DNA of 64,000 nt from Ophelia neglecta (Eukaryota), in assembly GCA_965285935.1 (NCBI GenBank), contig OZ260667.1, forward strand, positions 28,830,001 to 28,894,000, in the 5' to 3' direction. Numbering within the stretch: position 1 is the stretch's first letter; the number at the start of each line of letters is the position of its first letter. Below, piece by piece: positions 39,196 through 54,452 of the stretch. The notes below the pieces were generated by a model. That model was given only the letters and a program-made list of their open reading frames with translations. It searched no databases and was not told the DNA's origin. The position numbers and the translations under genes are program-made.

Positions 39196-42089
39196 TGATC
39201 CGTAACTGCACACAAAATTAAAGTTTTGGTGAGAAACATCATCTGGCGGTGGTGATACGTTTTTAGTATGACGTCACAAAAATTGTAAATACACGTCTTC
39301 TAAAGCTACTGTATACGGTAGTGTATGTGTAGTATGTGTCCACTATAAAGAGTTTTGGCCGGTGCTTTCTGCAATCGATTGTCCCATAGGATCTAACAAG
39401 TCTCTCCACTTTTGTTTTATGCGTTCGGTTACGATCGTTTTTCAAGGATTGTACTAAAAATGCCAACTGTGAAATGCTGTACGAAAATAGAACTTTGTTT
39501 AACTCTTCAACCGGGTATCCCAGCAATGAACCTATGTAAGCCAATTTATTTCCATTGGGATGTATACAACTTTATGTTTTGTCAACATAAAGTTGTCATA
39601 GTATTTATTTTAGTATAGAAGGTGTTTAGCTAGAAATGGAATATTCTGGGAGATGCCATGGTAACACTACGTGTTATTCTACTTATTACTACGACTTTAA
39701 TGTCAAGGAAACTTTTATATGTCGACAAAGGTCGAAATTGGTAATGAGAGGGTGATGTCGACAAATGTCGACATTGACAGTGAAAGCGTTAACAGAAAAT
39801 TCATAATAGTGATGAATAAACCCTGTTCAAATCACCATACACTTCTATTTGGTAGAGAAACTGAATTAGTAAGGGTTTGTATTTTGTAAATAAACTAAAT
39901 CTAAAGTATACAGTACGTTCTGTGCGTGTCCTCATATACAAACTACCTACTTATACTTCAATGCTAGTCCATTAAGGGCTCAACGGAGGAGTGATATGAA
40001 AATGAGGTCACTTGGTCATAAGCATTAGGAGGCATTGACAACATTAATGCTTAGTCATAACCCCCAGCGTCATCCTCTCATTTGTTAGTAAATGTTGTAT
40101 TAGCATTTAGCATACATTGACCAGGGATATTCCAACCGGTTGTCCTTCCGTCCTTCCGTCCTGTCATATAGAATCGTGATACCTCATATCACCTGCACAG
40201 TCAAGATCATATTGAGAACAATCACGACACATCACGACTCAATGCTCAGGCGACATCTTTGAATAACCGACCTCGTGTCCAAGCGTTTTTCCCGTCTCTA
40301 ATACAGGCGAGATTTGTAATATAGCTGTGACAGGAAATGAAATGCGTACTGAAATTGATATTGCACAGCTCTAAACTGTTTATCAAGGGTGGGGCTCCAG
40401 AGGTGGCAAATCATACATAATAGGACCGAAACGTGATCGGTATTAAGAAGCTGGTAATGGCTTGGCATTTATTATAACTCAGTTGGGGGATCGAGGTTTT
40501 ATCGATTGGAATGATTAGATAAGACATTCGTATACCATATTTGATGAAGTCATGGTTATACGTGTATGTGGGAATAATTGTTATTTTGACAGGCGACGCT
40601 GCTATTTACACGCCTGACTAGGAATTCGAAAGTGCACACAGTGTCATTGACTGAACCTGAGGCGCTAGTATTTGTAACGGCTTGAAATAAATAGTACACA
40701 TTAATTTTAATAATCTGTCTCGTGTCCAGTCTTACTGGTAACGTCCAAAGCAGTCACATAGTAGGCTATATTGGCAATAAACATGTCCTGTTTTACATTT
40801 TCTGTTGTCCACGTCCGCGAAACGTGACTCCCAACCAACCGGAAAATAAAGTGTCATACGTCAAATAAAGTTGTACCACCACAGCCACATGCCTCTTATC
40901 GGTATTATAAAACAGAAGGACTAATTATCCATTTATTTAAGTCCACATACACCAGATACAATATTCTGAACCACAAGTCTTTTAATATAATTCCATTGTG
41001 TCACTTTGTTGCAAGAAAATTTAAAAAAATACCGGAAGGACAATGCACCGGTAGGAGGTTATAATTCGTGATAACACTTGCATAGTGCCAACATTAGAGA
41101 AGATTGATCAAGGAACTAAAAACTAAGACATAAAAACCAAAGAAAAGAACCAGCAGCATTATGTTATTGAAATCCTTTTGTGAGTTTGTTATGGTAGTTT
41201 TGGGAATGGAATTGTACATGTATGGTCAAAGCAATATTGCCTATATTTATTTGGTTTCTGAGCTACTTTAATTCCTTTAACTGATTCGTACAGGCTACAT
41301 ATTTGCACTATGAATTACATTTTTCGTATTACCACTAAATGTAGTGACATAGTTCAACCATACATAAAAAACAACTATGGCTTTCTTGGTCAAATTGGGT
41401 GTAAAGCTGATTTAAAAAACTACGTGGTCAACATCCTGACATGAGTGTCGTTGAGCTCAAATCGCATTTTCATTTAATGACTGACATCTTGCCCAAACCT
41501 TATATTGATCAGTTAAAGGATGAACACACGGAATTGTCCTTCTGTGTCCTCGATCCTACGCAGCAGCATCTGACGTGAATCTGATCAAGTGGCTTTCCAG
41601 CTTTTCGCCATAACATATTGTTAAGGATTGGTATCTTTAATTAGTTCCCTGTTCAAACCACAGAGTAGCTATTCATTATTTCTAAACTTTCAGGACTTGA
41701 TGAGGCCATAAGATGAGTATTAACCTTAGGATTTAAGTCCGGGGAAAATAAGGTCAATAAGGTAAAATGAAAATGTGAATTTCCCTCTTTTACCACAATA
41801 GAAAACACTCATGTTAATTGATATCAAGTTATATTTCTGTTAGCATAAATATCATTACAATCTCATTTGTGGTTCGGGAACCGGAGAATCATTCCTGTTG
41901 GCCCGAAGAGGACGGCCCCTAATGATTTCGGACCGATTGAGCGCACTGTTTTTGATTACTGATTTTCCTGTGTCTGCCTGGTATCCACCATTTTTCGACT
42001 ATAGGCCATTAAAACGTTTTGGATATCTGAAGTGTTATTGGGGATATGTACATGTAAATGAATAGATAAAACAAGGATTAAAAACTAAA

Positions 42090-42530
42090 AAAAGTCAACC
42101 TAGACTTTAGCAGTGGTTTCTGGCATGTACCATTAGCCAAGGAGAGCTTGCTGCTTGCAGCATTGATCAACCCATCGGAAAGATGTTGCTTCCACCGAGT
42201 TTCATTGGGAGCCGCCCCTGAACTGTTCCAGAGGCGAGTTCAGAGGATGTTTCAGAGGTTCAGGCTTTAGCGGAGGTAATAATAGACAATGTTTTGATAC
42301 ACCATAAGAGCAAGTTAAGGTAAAACTATACATATAAACAGGCAATAGAACTAGTAAGACGATATGGTCTTAATTTAACTCCATGCGAAGAAGTGTCTTC
42401 ACAAAAAGACTAAATTCAGTGTAATTCGGATACTTAATCTGTGGAGAGGTCTATCGACCATCTCCAGCAAAGATAGAATTTTTCTTAAAGCTAGACCCAC
42501 TGTAGCAGAGCTTCTTCGAATTATTTACCC
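42090..42530 (+). mobile_element. Decayed Ty3/Gypsy (Mag-like) LTR-retrotransposon reverse transcriptase fragment
   Basis: LDFSSGFWHVPLAKES.LL..., then PIGR.CFHR..LG.AAPELFQRRV..MF, VIIDNVLIH (YxDD equivalent), YGLNL...C.F, FGYLI...PSPAKI...PTVAEL. Frameshifted; no LTRs seen. Confidence 0.85.
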
Positions 42531-43134
42531 AAGTTTCATACTTTCCCATATGATTTTGTCTAAGAACTGACGTGTGAATATTGTATTGCATTTTATGTCA
42601 CATTACCAAATGCCTAGTTGGTTGTAGTCCAATATAGTGGTTTAGACTGACATGAAAAAACTGGAACAAAACTCAATGATATCTCGGCAAATGTAATTGA
42701 AGTTTCAGATTTGAAACACTTATCATGATAAACATTACATCATCAAAATTTTTGTGAAACACATTGAAATTGTTCAAATACGTCAGTTTCTGGCCAAGAT
42801 TATTTTACCCGTTTTTAACCGTAACTTATTGTCAAATCACGAGACCTTGATCTCAAAATAGGCTGAAGCAGTCACAATTTAATTCGCAGCTTAATAAACC
42901 TATAAAAGACACTAAGATGCACTCAAGGGCATGGTGTGTCTGAAATACATGATTTTTACATGAAAATGCGACGACGTGTAGTCCGCCCGGGAACGTATCG
43001 AAAACATTGTCAGGGTGAAGGCGAACGGATTTGGATCAAATTTTCTCGGTGAGCTCTATGCACCTCAGAGATTAGAGGGTTTAATGAGCAGGAAGATCGG
43101 AAAAAATTCAACCCCTAAATTAAAAATTGACATA

Positions 43135-43185
43135 AATCCTCACCGAGAAATGTGTCCTAATCCTCACCGAGAAATATGTCCTAAT
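43135..43185. repeat. 24-bp tandem duplication (2 copies, 1 mismatch)
   Basis: aatcctcaccgagaaatgtgtcct / aatcctcaccgagaaatatgtcct. Confidence 0.95.
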
Positions 43186-45159
43186 TGTCTGCACGAATGA
43201 ACAGACCATATGAAAAGAACAATTATCGCCCGGCAGTCAAAACAAAATTAATGATAAAGAGGAAATCAATGTAGATAATAAATACGATATTATTTGCAGC
43301 CTACACAAGATAGTTTTAACTCTCATAGCACGACGGTGCTCTATTGCTAGGCCATGACCTCAGCTGTCAATTTATGTGTACATGAATTACATATCAGATT
43401 TTGACGGCAACGTCTATATTTCTCCACAACATCTTCCGCCTGGTTTTATTCAACAGGAAGTGGCTGTCACGAGGAACATTATTTTAATTGGTATCACCAT
43501 AATAATGCATGGCAAAGCGGAAACAAGCGCCATGGCAGATGTTAATCTCCAGAATACTTCTAATGTAGCCTATATGCTTCGCAGAAAGCACGTAAGGTCT
43601 CCGTCATATCCACCTAGCTCAGCCCACTCCTTTCCCGGCTGTCGAGTCTTGTCATTAATCTCTAGGGTGCATGGTTTACAAACGAATGGCTTTAAAGTAG
43701 GTTTTGTATTAACCAGAATATAAATCGTTATTGATATGATATGTTATGATATATAAACAATGTTGACAATAATAATATTGCCAATAGAATGTTTGATTAC
43801 CGTATTTCTTTTCTACCAACACGTGTTTGAAGTTATGAATTTCAATCGCATAATTATTACCCGCAAAAAGTACCACGGAAGCATCCAAAATGGCTTATTA
43901 TTCTACGATTAATTGTTTTGCAAGATACGGCATTGAATTACGTTCCATATTTGAGTTTCCATATTTGAAATACATGCAATCCCCAAAATCATTGTGGGGT
44001 CCCTTAAACGTACATATATGTTTCAACGACCAGTCTGTACCATTCCCTATTTTTCCATGAATAAAATCATTTGAGCATAGGTAATACACGGGTTTACGAG
44101 ATATGTCCTTAAGCCTTTCCGCGTTGGCATTCCCCAGACATGTAAGAAGGTAGACTTTGGTCGATAAAAGTTAATTAATTCCCCCTAGCATATTATACCG
44201 CTGCGAACTGGAGGCGCAAAGTCGTTTTCACTGATGAAAACCTGGTATCCCAGAAACGCTGTCGCATTGATATTGTGGTAACTGTGTCGAACTTTACAGT
44301 ATGCGACACGCCATTGCGAGAATTAGGCCTGTCCCAGTGGAGTGGAGGCTATTTGTTAGGCCAACCTTTAGTTGCAGAATCGTTTGAGCCGAGGGAATGG
44401 TAAATGACGTAACTGAATTCCCTCCTGACCAATGCCGATGACTGGCTAATCATAGCATCAACAAGAAAGCGTTCTCCTTGTAACAAAATTGACAGCTCAA
44501 ATTACAACTGCCACATATGAGATAGTCTCAGTGGGGTTCATAGTCAAAACTGTGGATTATTGTAAGCCCTCACTTCAAGTTGCAGAATCTAAAGAGAACT
44601 GTTGAATACCAGATAATAAAAATTATTATGATTTCCTTTCGAATCATTGGCGCCATCACCTGATGATTGGCGCAATCAACGTGACCTTTGCAGTCAAATG
44701 TATGCGACTGGTTCCTCGCACATGTTATCGCAAATTTCATCTCTTAAGGTGCAAGCTGTGTCATTTGAAGACCATAGCGGTTATGATTAATGACCCCATG
44801 CAGCGCACTTTATGCATCAGTTTTCTGCTGCCAATATGCTTCAAACATACCTGATAAACATATTGTTCCATCGCTTTGCTACACCTAATGGTCTCAATCA
44901 AACCACGATATAAGACTATGGCTATAGGTTCCATCTAAGGAAATAAGTGATTTGCTTGGCTAAGATATCTTGTGCTTATATATCAATCTTCAATCGAAGG
45001 AGTCAAATTGTCAGATTAATATATCTTTATTTAGAGAATGAAGCTTGAATGATAGCTAGCCGAGCTCAGTTTTCCATCTCAGTAATCTAATAATATTTAA
45101 TTGATTTTTTGCTTTGCTGGCGACTAACAATTTTTTACAGTGATTACAGTATTACGTCC

Positions 45160-45580
45160 TGCCAATCAGCAATTAAAAGCAAGTTTGAACCGTCTTAAGC
45201 ATTGCTTTAAAGCCTTCAACCGCATCGGCAGAACATGGTTTCCAAAGAGTAGGTCCATTTATAGGGATTTCTCAAGCAGTGACTAGTCTCGACCTTGGTA
45301 TTTTGAGAACATGTTATGTCTCAGACCTAAGTACACTTGAATGTTTGTAGGTTCCAAAAAGTTCTTGAATGTACAGTGGAACATGCATGCACTGCCTTTG
45401 ATATGAGAACTTGAACTTTTCCCAAAGGCAACAGGGAGCCATTGCAGCTCGGGCAGAAGGGGTAGTATATAGTCTCTTCTACTGGAAACAAAATTAGGCG
45501 AGCTGAGCAGTTCTGAAGGCTGACAATTAATTTCAGTGATATACCCTTGAAAAGAGAGCAGTGGTCTAGTCAAGACTTAA
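45160..45580 (-). mobile_element. L2/CR1-group LINE 3' fragment, same family as the 38400 and 58200 copies, inverted
   Basis: Minus ORF SRRDYILPLLPELQWLPV. Shared nucleotide motifs ggtcgagact and ttaattgctgattgg with the other two copies. Confidence 0.85.
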
Positions 45581-48500
45581 TATTTGCTTTGTCTGCCGGA
45601 TATTTACTTCCGTTTTCTCTCTTAATGTTATAATGAATAGTGTACTGTATTGAATATATCTATGATAATTGTTGAAAGAATATAGAGCTCAATACAATAT
45701 GAAATGCAGGTGGTAACAATAGCGAGAGTTTATATAGTGGTTGTAGTTTACTTATTGCAATGTATAGGCCTATTTGGATTTTGATTTTCAAGGGTGGATT
45801 TCGGCCACACCGAAATATATCTTAGTTTTTATGACTGCACATAGTGTGCAATAATATATACATCGTACAATGGAAACATGGTAGATATCAGTCAGCCGAC
45901 CCTGCTATATTTGTAGAGCAATACTCTTCCGTTAGAAATGCAATATACCATATTTGCCTTAGAGTAATTTAGCTTCGCAATATGATGATGGCAGGCTTTT
46001 ACAGCATCAATACAAATTGATGGGTTCTAACACCCTAATTGCGACACCTTGAATATTGAATGAAGTTCCAATGCATTTATTACAAATACTAATAGTAAAA
46101 TGACACTATGTTTATGGGTAGTAATCAACGCGTGAACAAGAGTGACAATGTGCTTTTACCAGACAAATTGTGGTAATGAAACTATCTAGAAACTTGTTGG
46201 CAACATTTCCTCTCCCTGTCATTTTATGGAAGGTGGTAACAACGTTGGTAATTTTCTCCATTTCACTTACAATAGCGTCAATAGCAGAGAAAGAAATAAA
46301 ATTTATTTCCCTAGAGCATTTATATTCCACGAAGTAGGATAAGTAATTAAAGAGTTGGTAGCATAAACTGGTGGCTTCCATCAACGTGTGTTCACTAGTA
46401 GTCACCCCCTGGGCTTTGGACCCTAAAAATCACGAACATATTTTATGATAACGTAAATCTCTCGAAACGCGTATGGCATGAATGATCTGTCCACTTAACT
46501 TTTACCTCACATGCACACATAGCCAATATGCCATGAGAGATCGCCCATTTTCTGGTGGTTTCTTTAGTTTATACTTACAAAATTAATTAGCAAAAGGTCA
46601 ATACGCTATTAGACTTAAGGAAAAACTTCTAATTAACACTGCAGGAAGACTGATGGCAGGCACCATCGATTATTTAACATAACAGTATTTACTCGGATTT
46701 GGCATAATGTATCTTATATAAAAGGCACGAGTTATCATCAAGATTTTTTAACCAGGTTAACTGCGATGTTACCAATGTTAATTTCCAAGGTTTATTTTAG
46801 TGAAAGAAGTCAAGGTACTGTTAGTGGTTACTACCAACTCATTGGGAAACACTTAAACTCTGTCTCGACTAGCCAATGGAATGAGGATATATTGGTATTT
46901 TAAGTGGCAAATGACACTTGAATAGGTATCACAATAGCATATAAACTGCATCGCCCAAAGCCAGGTAGCCTACAAATGGTTTATTGGTGAAAGAAGCCCA
47001 AACTAGATACAACTTACAGGACCAAACCCATAAATTGTGCATAAATAATTATGCAAACCAGTTTACGATTCTCACCATGTAAAAGCTTTTTTTTGGTTTC
47101 AATGAGTTGTATTACGATTGACACACTGCATTTTCTGGCTAGTTCAAACATCATTAATGCAATGAATGCAAATAATGATATAAAATAGAATTTCACATAA
47201 ATGTATGGAATTCGATTTGACACATATCAATTGAATTCAACACATGCACAACTGAATTCCAATGAAATCAAATTCTATGAACATCGAATTCGACAAAATT
47301 TTTAATTGTACTTGATTGTGTTGAATTCTGATTTCAATGTGTTTATTTCAATTTTACATGCGCAAAGCTACATTCAATATGAATGTATTCAATTTCGCCA
47401 TTGAGCAATCTGCGATGATTAAAATGAGATATTAAATAAGTTATTTCATATAGTATTCTATAATAATTGCCTTACGTACAAAACATTATAAGGTAGAACA
47501 AAAAGGGAGTCATGAGCTAAAATGGCTGGAATGAACGGAAGTCAAAGAAAAACTGGCTGTTATAATCAGAAGGCGGGACGAATATGCTACTACATTACCC
47601 GTGTCGAATAATTGACTAAAGACGCCCAACATGGCCGAGAAACCCAAGAAGTAATGATGTGAACAAGTTTATTGTACGGCTTACGTCGAGTATGTCTAAT
47701 GAGGAATTGATTATAGTTACTCTTATGATGAAAACTATTGTTCAAACACGAAAGGCATTGTTGGACTGATTACCAACTTTGTCGTATTCGGCTGTTTGTC
47801 ATGCAATTAATTTTGGCCCACATGCCCGTGTGATTTCGTCCAGGTCCTACGTTGACCACTGAAGTTTATTGTCTACATTACATATGTAATTATTGTTTGG
47901 GAGCTTGGGATTTATGTACTGATTTATGTTGGCTTCTGGCTCCTTATGATTTAGGGCTGAGTTAATGGACTATTCTTCATGGATGGCTTGGTTTTGCCGG
48001 CCGGGTATCCTGTTTTTCTATAAAGCATTGTTCCTTCATAGTATTTATACTGGGTTTCACATACCGAGACTCTCGGCACACGAGGACCATAGGACCCTGT
48101 CCAACCGGTGTGGGCTAAAAGACACCACTCGTGGACCTATTGGCCATTCAGATTTCCACAGTTTCGAATGTTTCTCAGTCAGTGCAACGTCTTTATCGTT
48201 AAAACGACCATTAGTTGTGTCTTGGGTATTCTACCATGCATGGTCATTAGATGAATCATGGGAAACTATCCAAGTTGGTGAAGTCGTAAAAGACTGCACC
48301 AAAAATGCCTATATCGCAAAAACAGTTAAGAATCAACCAAGACCTTTTTTAATTCCCACACATGGGATCATCGATGCAAATCATAATTTATATTACATCC
48401 AAATAATGAGTGACAAAAAATTCTCACTGGGATTTTATTTGAACCAAAAATGTGGTCTAAGCTAGGGGATGACAGTATGGAAAAATATGGGTGCTACACA

Positions 48501-51500
48501 CATTAGTAAAACTGATCTAGAAAATGTCAAACCTGCACCAGCATAAAATCAAGACACTTTGACGACCCGAGTGACGATATGAGCCACGGATTTTAGCGCG
48601 TGTTGGAAACAGTGGAGATACCATTGATCACTTTCTTTCTTACACAGTCCATCAGGCGAGAGGGAAAGAAGATACACTAGCGAATTGTTTGAATGAAAAG
48701 GGGACCGTGCTCTCCCTCGTAGCACCTGAGACTCCGATTATAGAAATTCCGAATGAAGCTATCTCGGGGTCGATGAATTAGAAATGCCATTGAAAACCAT
48801 TTACGCCTTGTTTTACTCCTCTATATTATCGCTGATTCACATTTTCTAAGGAGGCTGACAGTAGTGGGTGAGCTGCACCTCGGCATTATACATGCCTTTT
48901 TAAAAACAGACATCACGTCACGTAAACTGTGAGACATAGGCTACTCGATGCACGTCTGATTAGCTAGCCCTAGGCAATACAGTCAGTTACATTCCAAAGT
49001 TCGTTGTTAGTGAGCCCCAATCTGGTTGCAACATATAGCTGTTTAAAACAGTTGGCGTGCCATGAACTTGCCCAATTATAGCTTGTTCTGCGGGATTATG
49101 TCATGTTACCTGGGTAATTACTGATAATCAGCGTCTATATCTTAATTGATAATTATTTTTAGAGTAAATGAGCTCAACTCGTAAGCACTGTAGGTCTACT
49201 TACTTTACTAGAATATATACATTGTAGTCATTTTCTCATAGGCTTCCCGGCCAGGGATATGTGGGAGAGTTATACAAAACAGCGACTGTGATAAAAAATT
49301 TCTTTTGAAACAGAACGAAATTGTTCCTATGTTATTTTTGCCAAGAATAAAACCTCTGACATACATAGTCAAAACCCTAGTATACAAGAGTATTCTACAA
49401 GAAAACAAGAACAGTTCTTCTCACCTTGAACATGAGTTTTGCCAAATTTACATTTTCGTATGTGGGAGAGGCAGAGTTATTGGTTTAGTGAAGCGAGCTC
49501 TCTTGATTTCAGGCCTGGGTGTGTTTATCGAAACATTGACAGCGCATGTTTACTTTAACATCTAAAAACGAACACACGAAAAATGACATTGGATACGCGG
49601 GAGAGAGAATATAATCGGTGATCATGATTACATATTCAAAATGCCAAAACACTTACATAACCAATGTCAAATAAGTAAAAAACACGAATGAAATAAATTA
49701 TTCTCTAAAATAATACTCGTCGGTAAGGAGATTTCATAAAATCTCACCAAAGCGAACAAAATCACCACCAAAATGAAAATCCATAAATTGTAACCTCGCG
49801 ACCGATCGAGGAACCAATCAGAATAAAATGCTCTAAACGCATTGTTATATTTCTGGGCCTGCAGTGAAAGGTTACTGGCGTGAATTTGCAGAGCCTGATA
49901 TATAATATTTATATTACGAACAACCAAGGTTTATTAATTATTCAACTGTTTGGTATTTCATGCGTATACTTATTATAGATTTTCCCCTGTATGTGTTGCA
50001 GTTAACCTACTTCTGCGCGATATGGGTCATCACATCAATTAGGGCCTTTCTATATCAGTGTGCTAAGGTATCTAGTCTTAAGCAGTGTCAATGTATTACT
50101 AAACAATTTAGTATACTGAAGTTTAAAATGATTCAGCTGGCGTGTGGGGGTGGTGCCTAAATTGCATGATATAAACTAGTTAAACATAAAAATAAAAAGT
50201 TAATATCAATCAAGAGGAAACAATTTCATACTTGTATCTATCCTTATCGTAAAAGCATCCATTGGGTCGTATTAAAGTTAGGTGATATCAAAAATTGCCA
50301 AACTATTTCAAATATTTACAATGCCGCAAAAAAAGTGAAAGAAGCCTATATCGGATGTCCCACTTTTTAACATTTTTTGTCCATTTCAATCTCATAGCAA
50401 TCTACTGTACTAGATGTCTAATAAATAAATGCTTGATTACCATAGGCAACCCTTAAATGTCACTTATTTTGGGTTCGTAAGCATAGACATATTTGTTCGT
50501 ATTTAGGAAATAAATAATCTTGCCAAATGGCAGGAGGTTACCAGGGATTTACCAAGTATCCATTTTGATCATGTGTGGGCTTTCTACTCAGATGTTTGTG
50601 AAAAGTTTTGCCATGTGTAGAAATCCTACCAATTACACATCTAAGTCTTATCTGATAGAACTCTAGTCCCAACATCTGACTCGTGACACTAATGGGAGAG
50701 CTTAGCATGAACTGCCATATGGAAAAGAGGATCCACGATTTTCAGAATAGTTTGTGATTAAGCAAAGACCAAGTTACTAGCAGCTTTTGTCCAGAGGACT
50801 TTTTATTGCATAATTACCCTCCGGTTGAGGCCAGCCAAAAAAACTTCACGTCTCACTGTGTGATGTTTGATCCATAATCGACCTTGTGATTACTACATAA
50901 CAAGTAGGTAGCCAGGTCCTTGCAGGACCGAAATAAACCTCGGGTAAATTTCAAAGCATCCCTAGATATGATAACTTGCTTCCTGGCTTTGTTATTAAAC
51001 CGAATGCCATGTTTAAATGAAGACACATTCGTGAGACCATGGCCAGGTCACCGTGAAATTATCATTTCTTCAAGCCGGGTTCGCCAATACGTCTGTTTTG
51101 CCGGCTAAGCAAAAAAATAAAGAATCTGCCCGGGGTCCGTTTGGTCCAGGATCATAAAGCCACGAAACCTAGCTCTCCGTACTTCTAACCTTAAGCGTAC
51201 CAATCTGAGATTGGTGGTTTTTTTTCTATGAATTCGCTCTAGCAGGAGGACGAGAGAGATTGTAGACACACTGGGCAAAACCGTAGCACCCTGTTTGCAC
51301 ATCCAAATCTAGAGGTAGAACATGATAAAATAGACTGCTGTATATACAAGGACTTGAAATCAGAATCCATATCAGGTTCCCAGTTAAATTTAAATGCATA
51401 TTCTAGCTGATCAGCATTAATAGGACTTTTAAGCCGATCCCATACCTTTACACTTTGCGGTGCTAATCTAATAAAGTGCAATGCGTTTCTTGACAAAAAG

Positions 51501-53499
51501 TCACAGTCGCCTCTCGATTCTGCAATTAGGGCATGAGAGCGATGCAGGGACTCATTAATGCGATTTAAGCTCGTCTGGTCTTAATTTGATTGCAGATCGA
51601 TGCAGATTGGGTCGTAAATTACATTCGGTCTCTAATTATTTGCAACACACCAAAGTGTATTCGGGCTCCGATCTCACCATTGTCCCTTTCACCTGTCCGG
51701 CCACAATAAAATATTCATGAACTGTCATGCATGAAGGCGCTGGGATTCTTTATTAGCCGCAAAACAACAGAGACTTTAAGGTAAAAATGCTCAAGTTTTT
51801 TTTCATGAGCTTGTATTAGGTCGAATTGATTAAAAGCCATTATATGAAGTCAGTACATTCCAGGGCAGCGATATATGGCTGGAAATCTTTTACAGTTTGT
51901 TAAAGGATGTAACATCTATCAGGAAAGCCCTCTATTAATTAGAATTACAACATCTGTTATAATTATTAAATATAGTTGACTACGCCATGAAAATCTTTAA
52001 AAAGTACCCTCTCTAAATGGGCAATTTTATTAAGGAAATAGGAAATATATTATTCATGTTTGAATTAACCTTTGCCTGTATACACAGTATGGAAGCGCAC
52101 TCTCTACAAACAAAAGCCTAAGCATTCGCTTATATATGCAATAATAGCAAGATATTGGTCACCCAGTATGTTTTGGTTTTGTACGAGTTTTGTAATATAG
52201 CTCCATAGTATGAAATGTTTCTCAGACAAAAATCCCAAGTGATGAATCTACCTCGTGCGTATAGTTCAGCATTAACTATTTGTAAGCGGTAATATCATTC
52301 GATTTTAGACCTAATTTTAAGCATTGATTTATCTATCAGGTTTTCCATACGTGCCTAGTGATGACAAAAGATGAGCAGATCAGTAATAAATGGATCGGCT
52401 GGTGACATTTACGTCAGACACTATCGCGAGCAATTCATAAAAACGATTCAACTCAACAGACATTCAGACTGGGATATATTGGATGGTTATTTGATCAAAT
52501 TATATCTAGAAATACAATGCCGTAGTCATGGGACAGTTTTTAGGGCTTGTATTACCAAACTGATAGCTCATACATCCTTATATCTTTGCTTTGAGCACGA
52601 AATGTGTGAAATGACTTTTCCTTCCGAGATCTCACTGACAATTGATCATCATGGGTGATTTTATGTCTAGTCTTCAGCAATAATCAGAATTCTAACCCAG
52701 GTCGACCGTTCTGGCGCAATGTTTTGTAAACTAAATTATTCAAATGCCGAGTAGCCGAGTCGAAAATCCGAGTTGCGAGTTGACATTTCTGTTGGTGAGG
52801 GACAAACGACCCTGTTTAAAAACCTCGCCAATTTCTGCTAATTATTCTTCATAATGTTATATTGAGACGCCGATAGAGCTGGGCTTCATTAGCGTCAGTG
52901 TTTAAAGATGACGCCCTGAGCTAGCAAGAGCGGTCCTTCTGGGATGGCAATAACCCAACTGGCCGAAGATATATGCGCATTTTTATATATTATATTAATC
53001 TCTTGCTAAGACTAAGTTAACATTATATTTAGAAAAGAAATGTGTATTAGTAAAGAAGGTTCATATTATATAAATAACTATTCATAATGTCGATTATTTG
53101 GCACGACAGTAGACAACATTATTCGGGACTCGCTGTTTTGACTAGACTGATACTCACTTCACTATTCCGTGCAGAGGCTCTGCTTCCGCGTGTCATTAAA
53201 CATACATTTTGGCATATCGTCTGCTCTCCTTCTTTAGTCATGTGGAAGTATAAATTATGGGATGGTGAATAATTCAGAAACGATGGGCATTAATCAAGTG
53301 GCTGCAGTATTTAATGGGGAAATATGGAGGATTTTGACCTACATGTATATAATAATAAGACATGTTGTGCTGATAGATTGGAACGTTGCATGGTTTATCA
53401 CGAACTATTAAGACGATCCTACATGTACATTGATGTTGTCTTTTATTACCTGAGTACTGCGATGGTAATTCACTTATGGGTATGATGCTTGGTAGAAGC

Positions 53500-54110
53500 A
53501 TACGCATTTTCTCTATTTCCTTATCAAAGACAAGGAAGAACGCATTAACCAAGACCATATGGTCTTCGTGGTCTGTCAGTCGTTGGGCCTGTCTTGTGTA
53601 ACAGTGTATTGATAATCGTATCAAAAGACCTGAAATCGGACAAACTTTCCAGTGTTTTGCATTGTAGTAATGTTCCATTGATGTTACTGCCGTCTGTTTT
53701 AAGCCGCTATTGGCAAAGATTTGAGTTATGCATGAAACGCTCTCGTCTGCACCGATCACACTTGGCTTGGTAGAGGTCATTCGTGAACAAGACTTGTTGA
53801 GGACTGATCAATACAGCTTTTCCCAACTGAAGAGCATGGAGATCAACCATTCCAACTAGTGTTGCCTCGAATTTGTCAGGTAGATCTGTGGGATTATCAG
53901 ACGGGCCAGACAATAGACAGCCATCAATGGAGATGCTCTGTGTAAAAGACGTTATATCATTTCCCGCCACTTTCGAGTGACCAACGTTTTGCTAGGTGGT
54001 TTAAGTTTTCGAAAAGTGCAAGGGCAAATGGCTAGACGATGATCCAACATGATGAGATCTGATTCCTCAATTACCTTCAGTAGTGCATGGTCGTCTCCAG
54101 TAATAACCCA
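53500..54110 (-). mobile_element. Decayed L2/CR1-group LINE ORF2 fragment (end of endonuclease plus linker)
   Basis: LDH (SDH-like) near 54040, then DITSFTQSI...TLVGMVDLHA...SPQQVLFTNDLYQAKCDRCRRERF (cf. L.D.HAP...RP..PWFT.EI..AKR.RRR.ER), and FF.KEIEK.R. Confidence 0.7.
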
Positions 54111-54452
54111 TTCTGCTTAGATTGAATCATCAGAAGAATTTTAAAAAACTAGCTCAGTATGTGTCTCTACACTCAACGTGAAAGTTAAAACATCCAATCA
54201 GTTACTCCTCTCTGTCTACAGTAACAGTCCTTCAGTAATGTGGAAATTACTGGACGGTTTATTTTTGGCAAAGTGTGATGGCCGGTTACATACATAGCAA
54301 TCCTTTCCAAAAGAACAGCAATGACACAAATTATCAGAGTTTATTGCCAGATGTTGTGATATAGACTTCCTTGTAACAACATGGAAAACTATTTGGTATA
54401 TTATTCTCATTACCAGTGATATCAGATTGTTTGTGTTATGGGAATTTATTTC

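Noticed and set aside
47965-48465. 166-aa ORF
   Set aside because: No recognisable domain, no splice context, and composition like random intronic ORFs.
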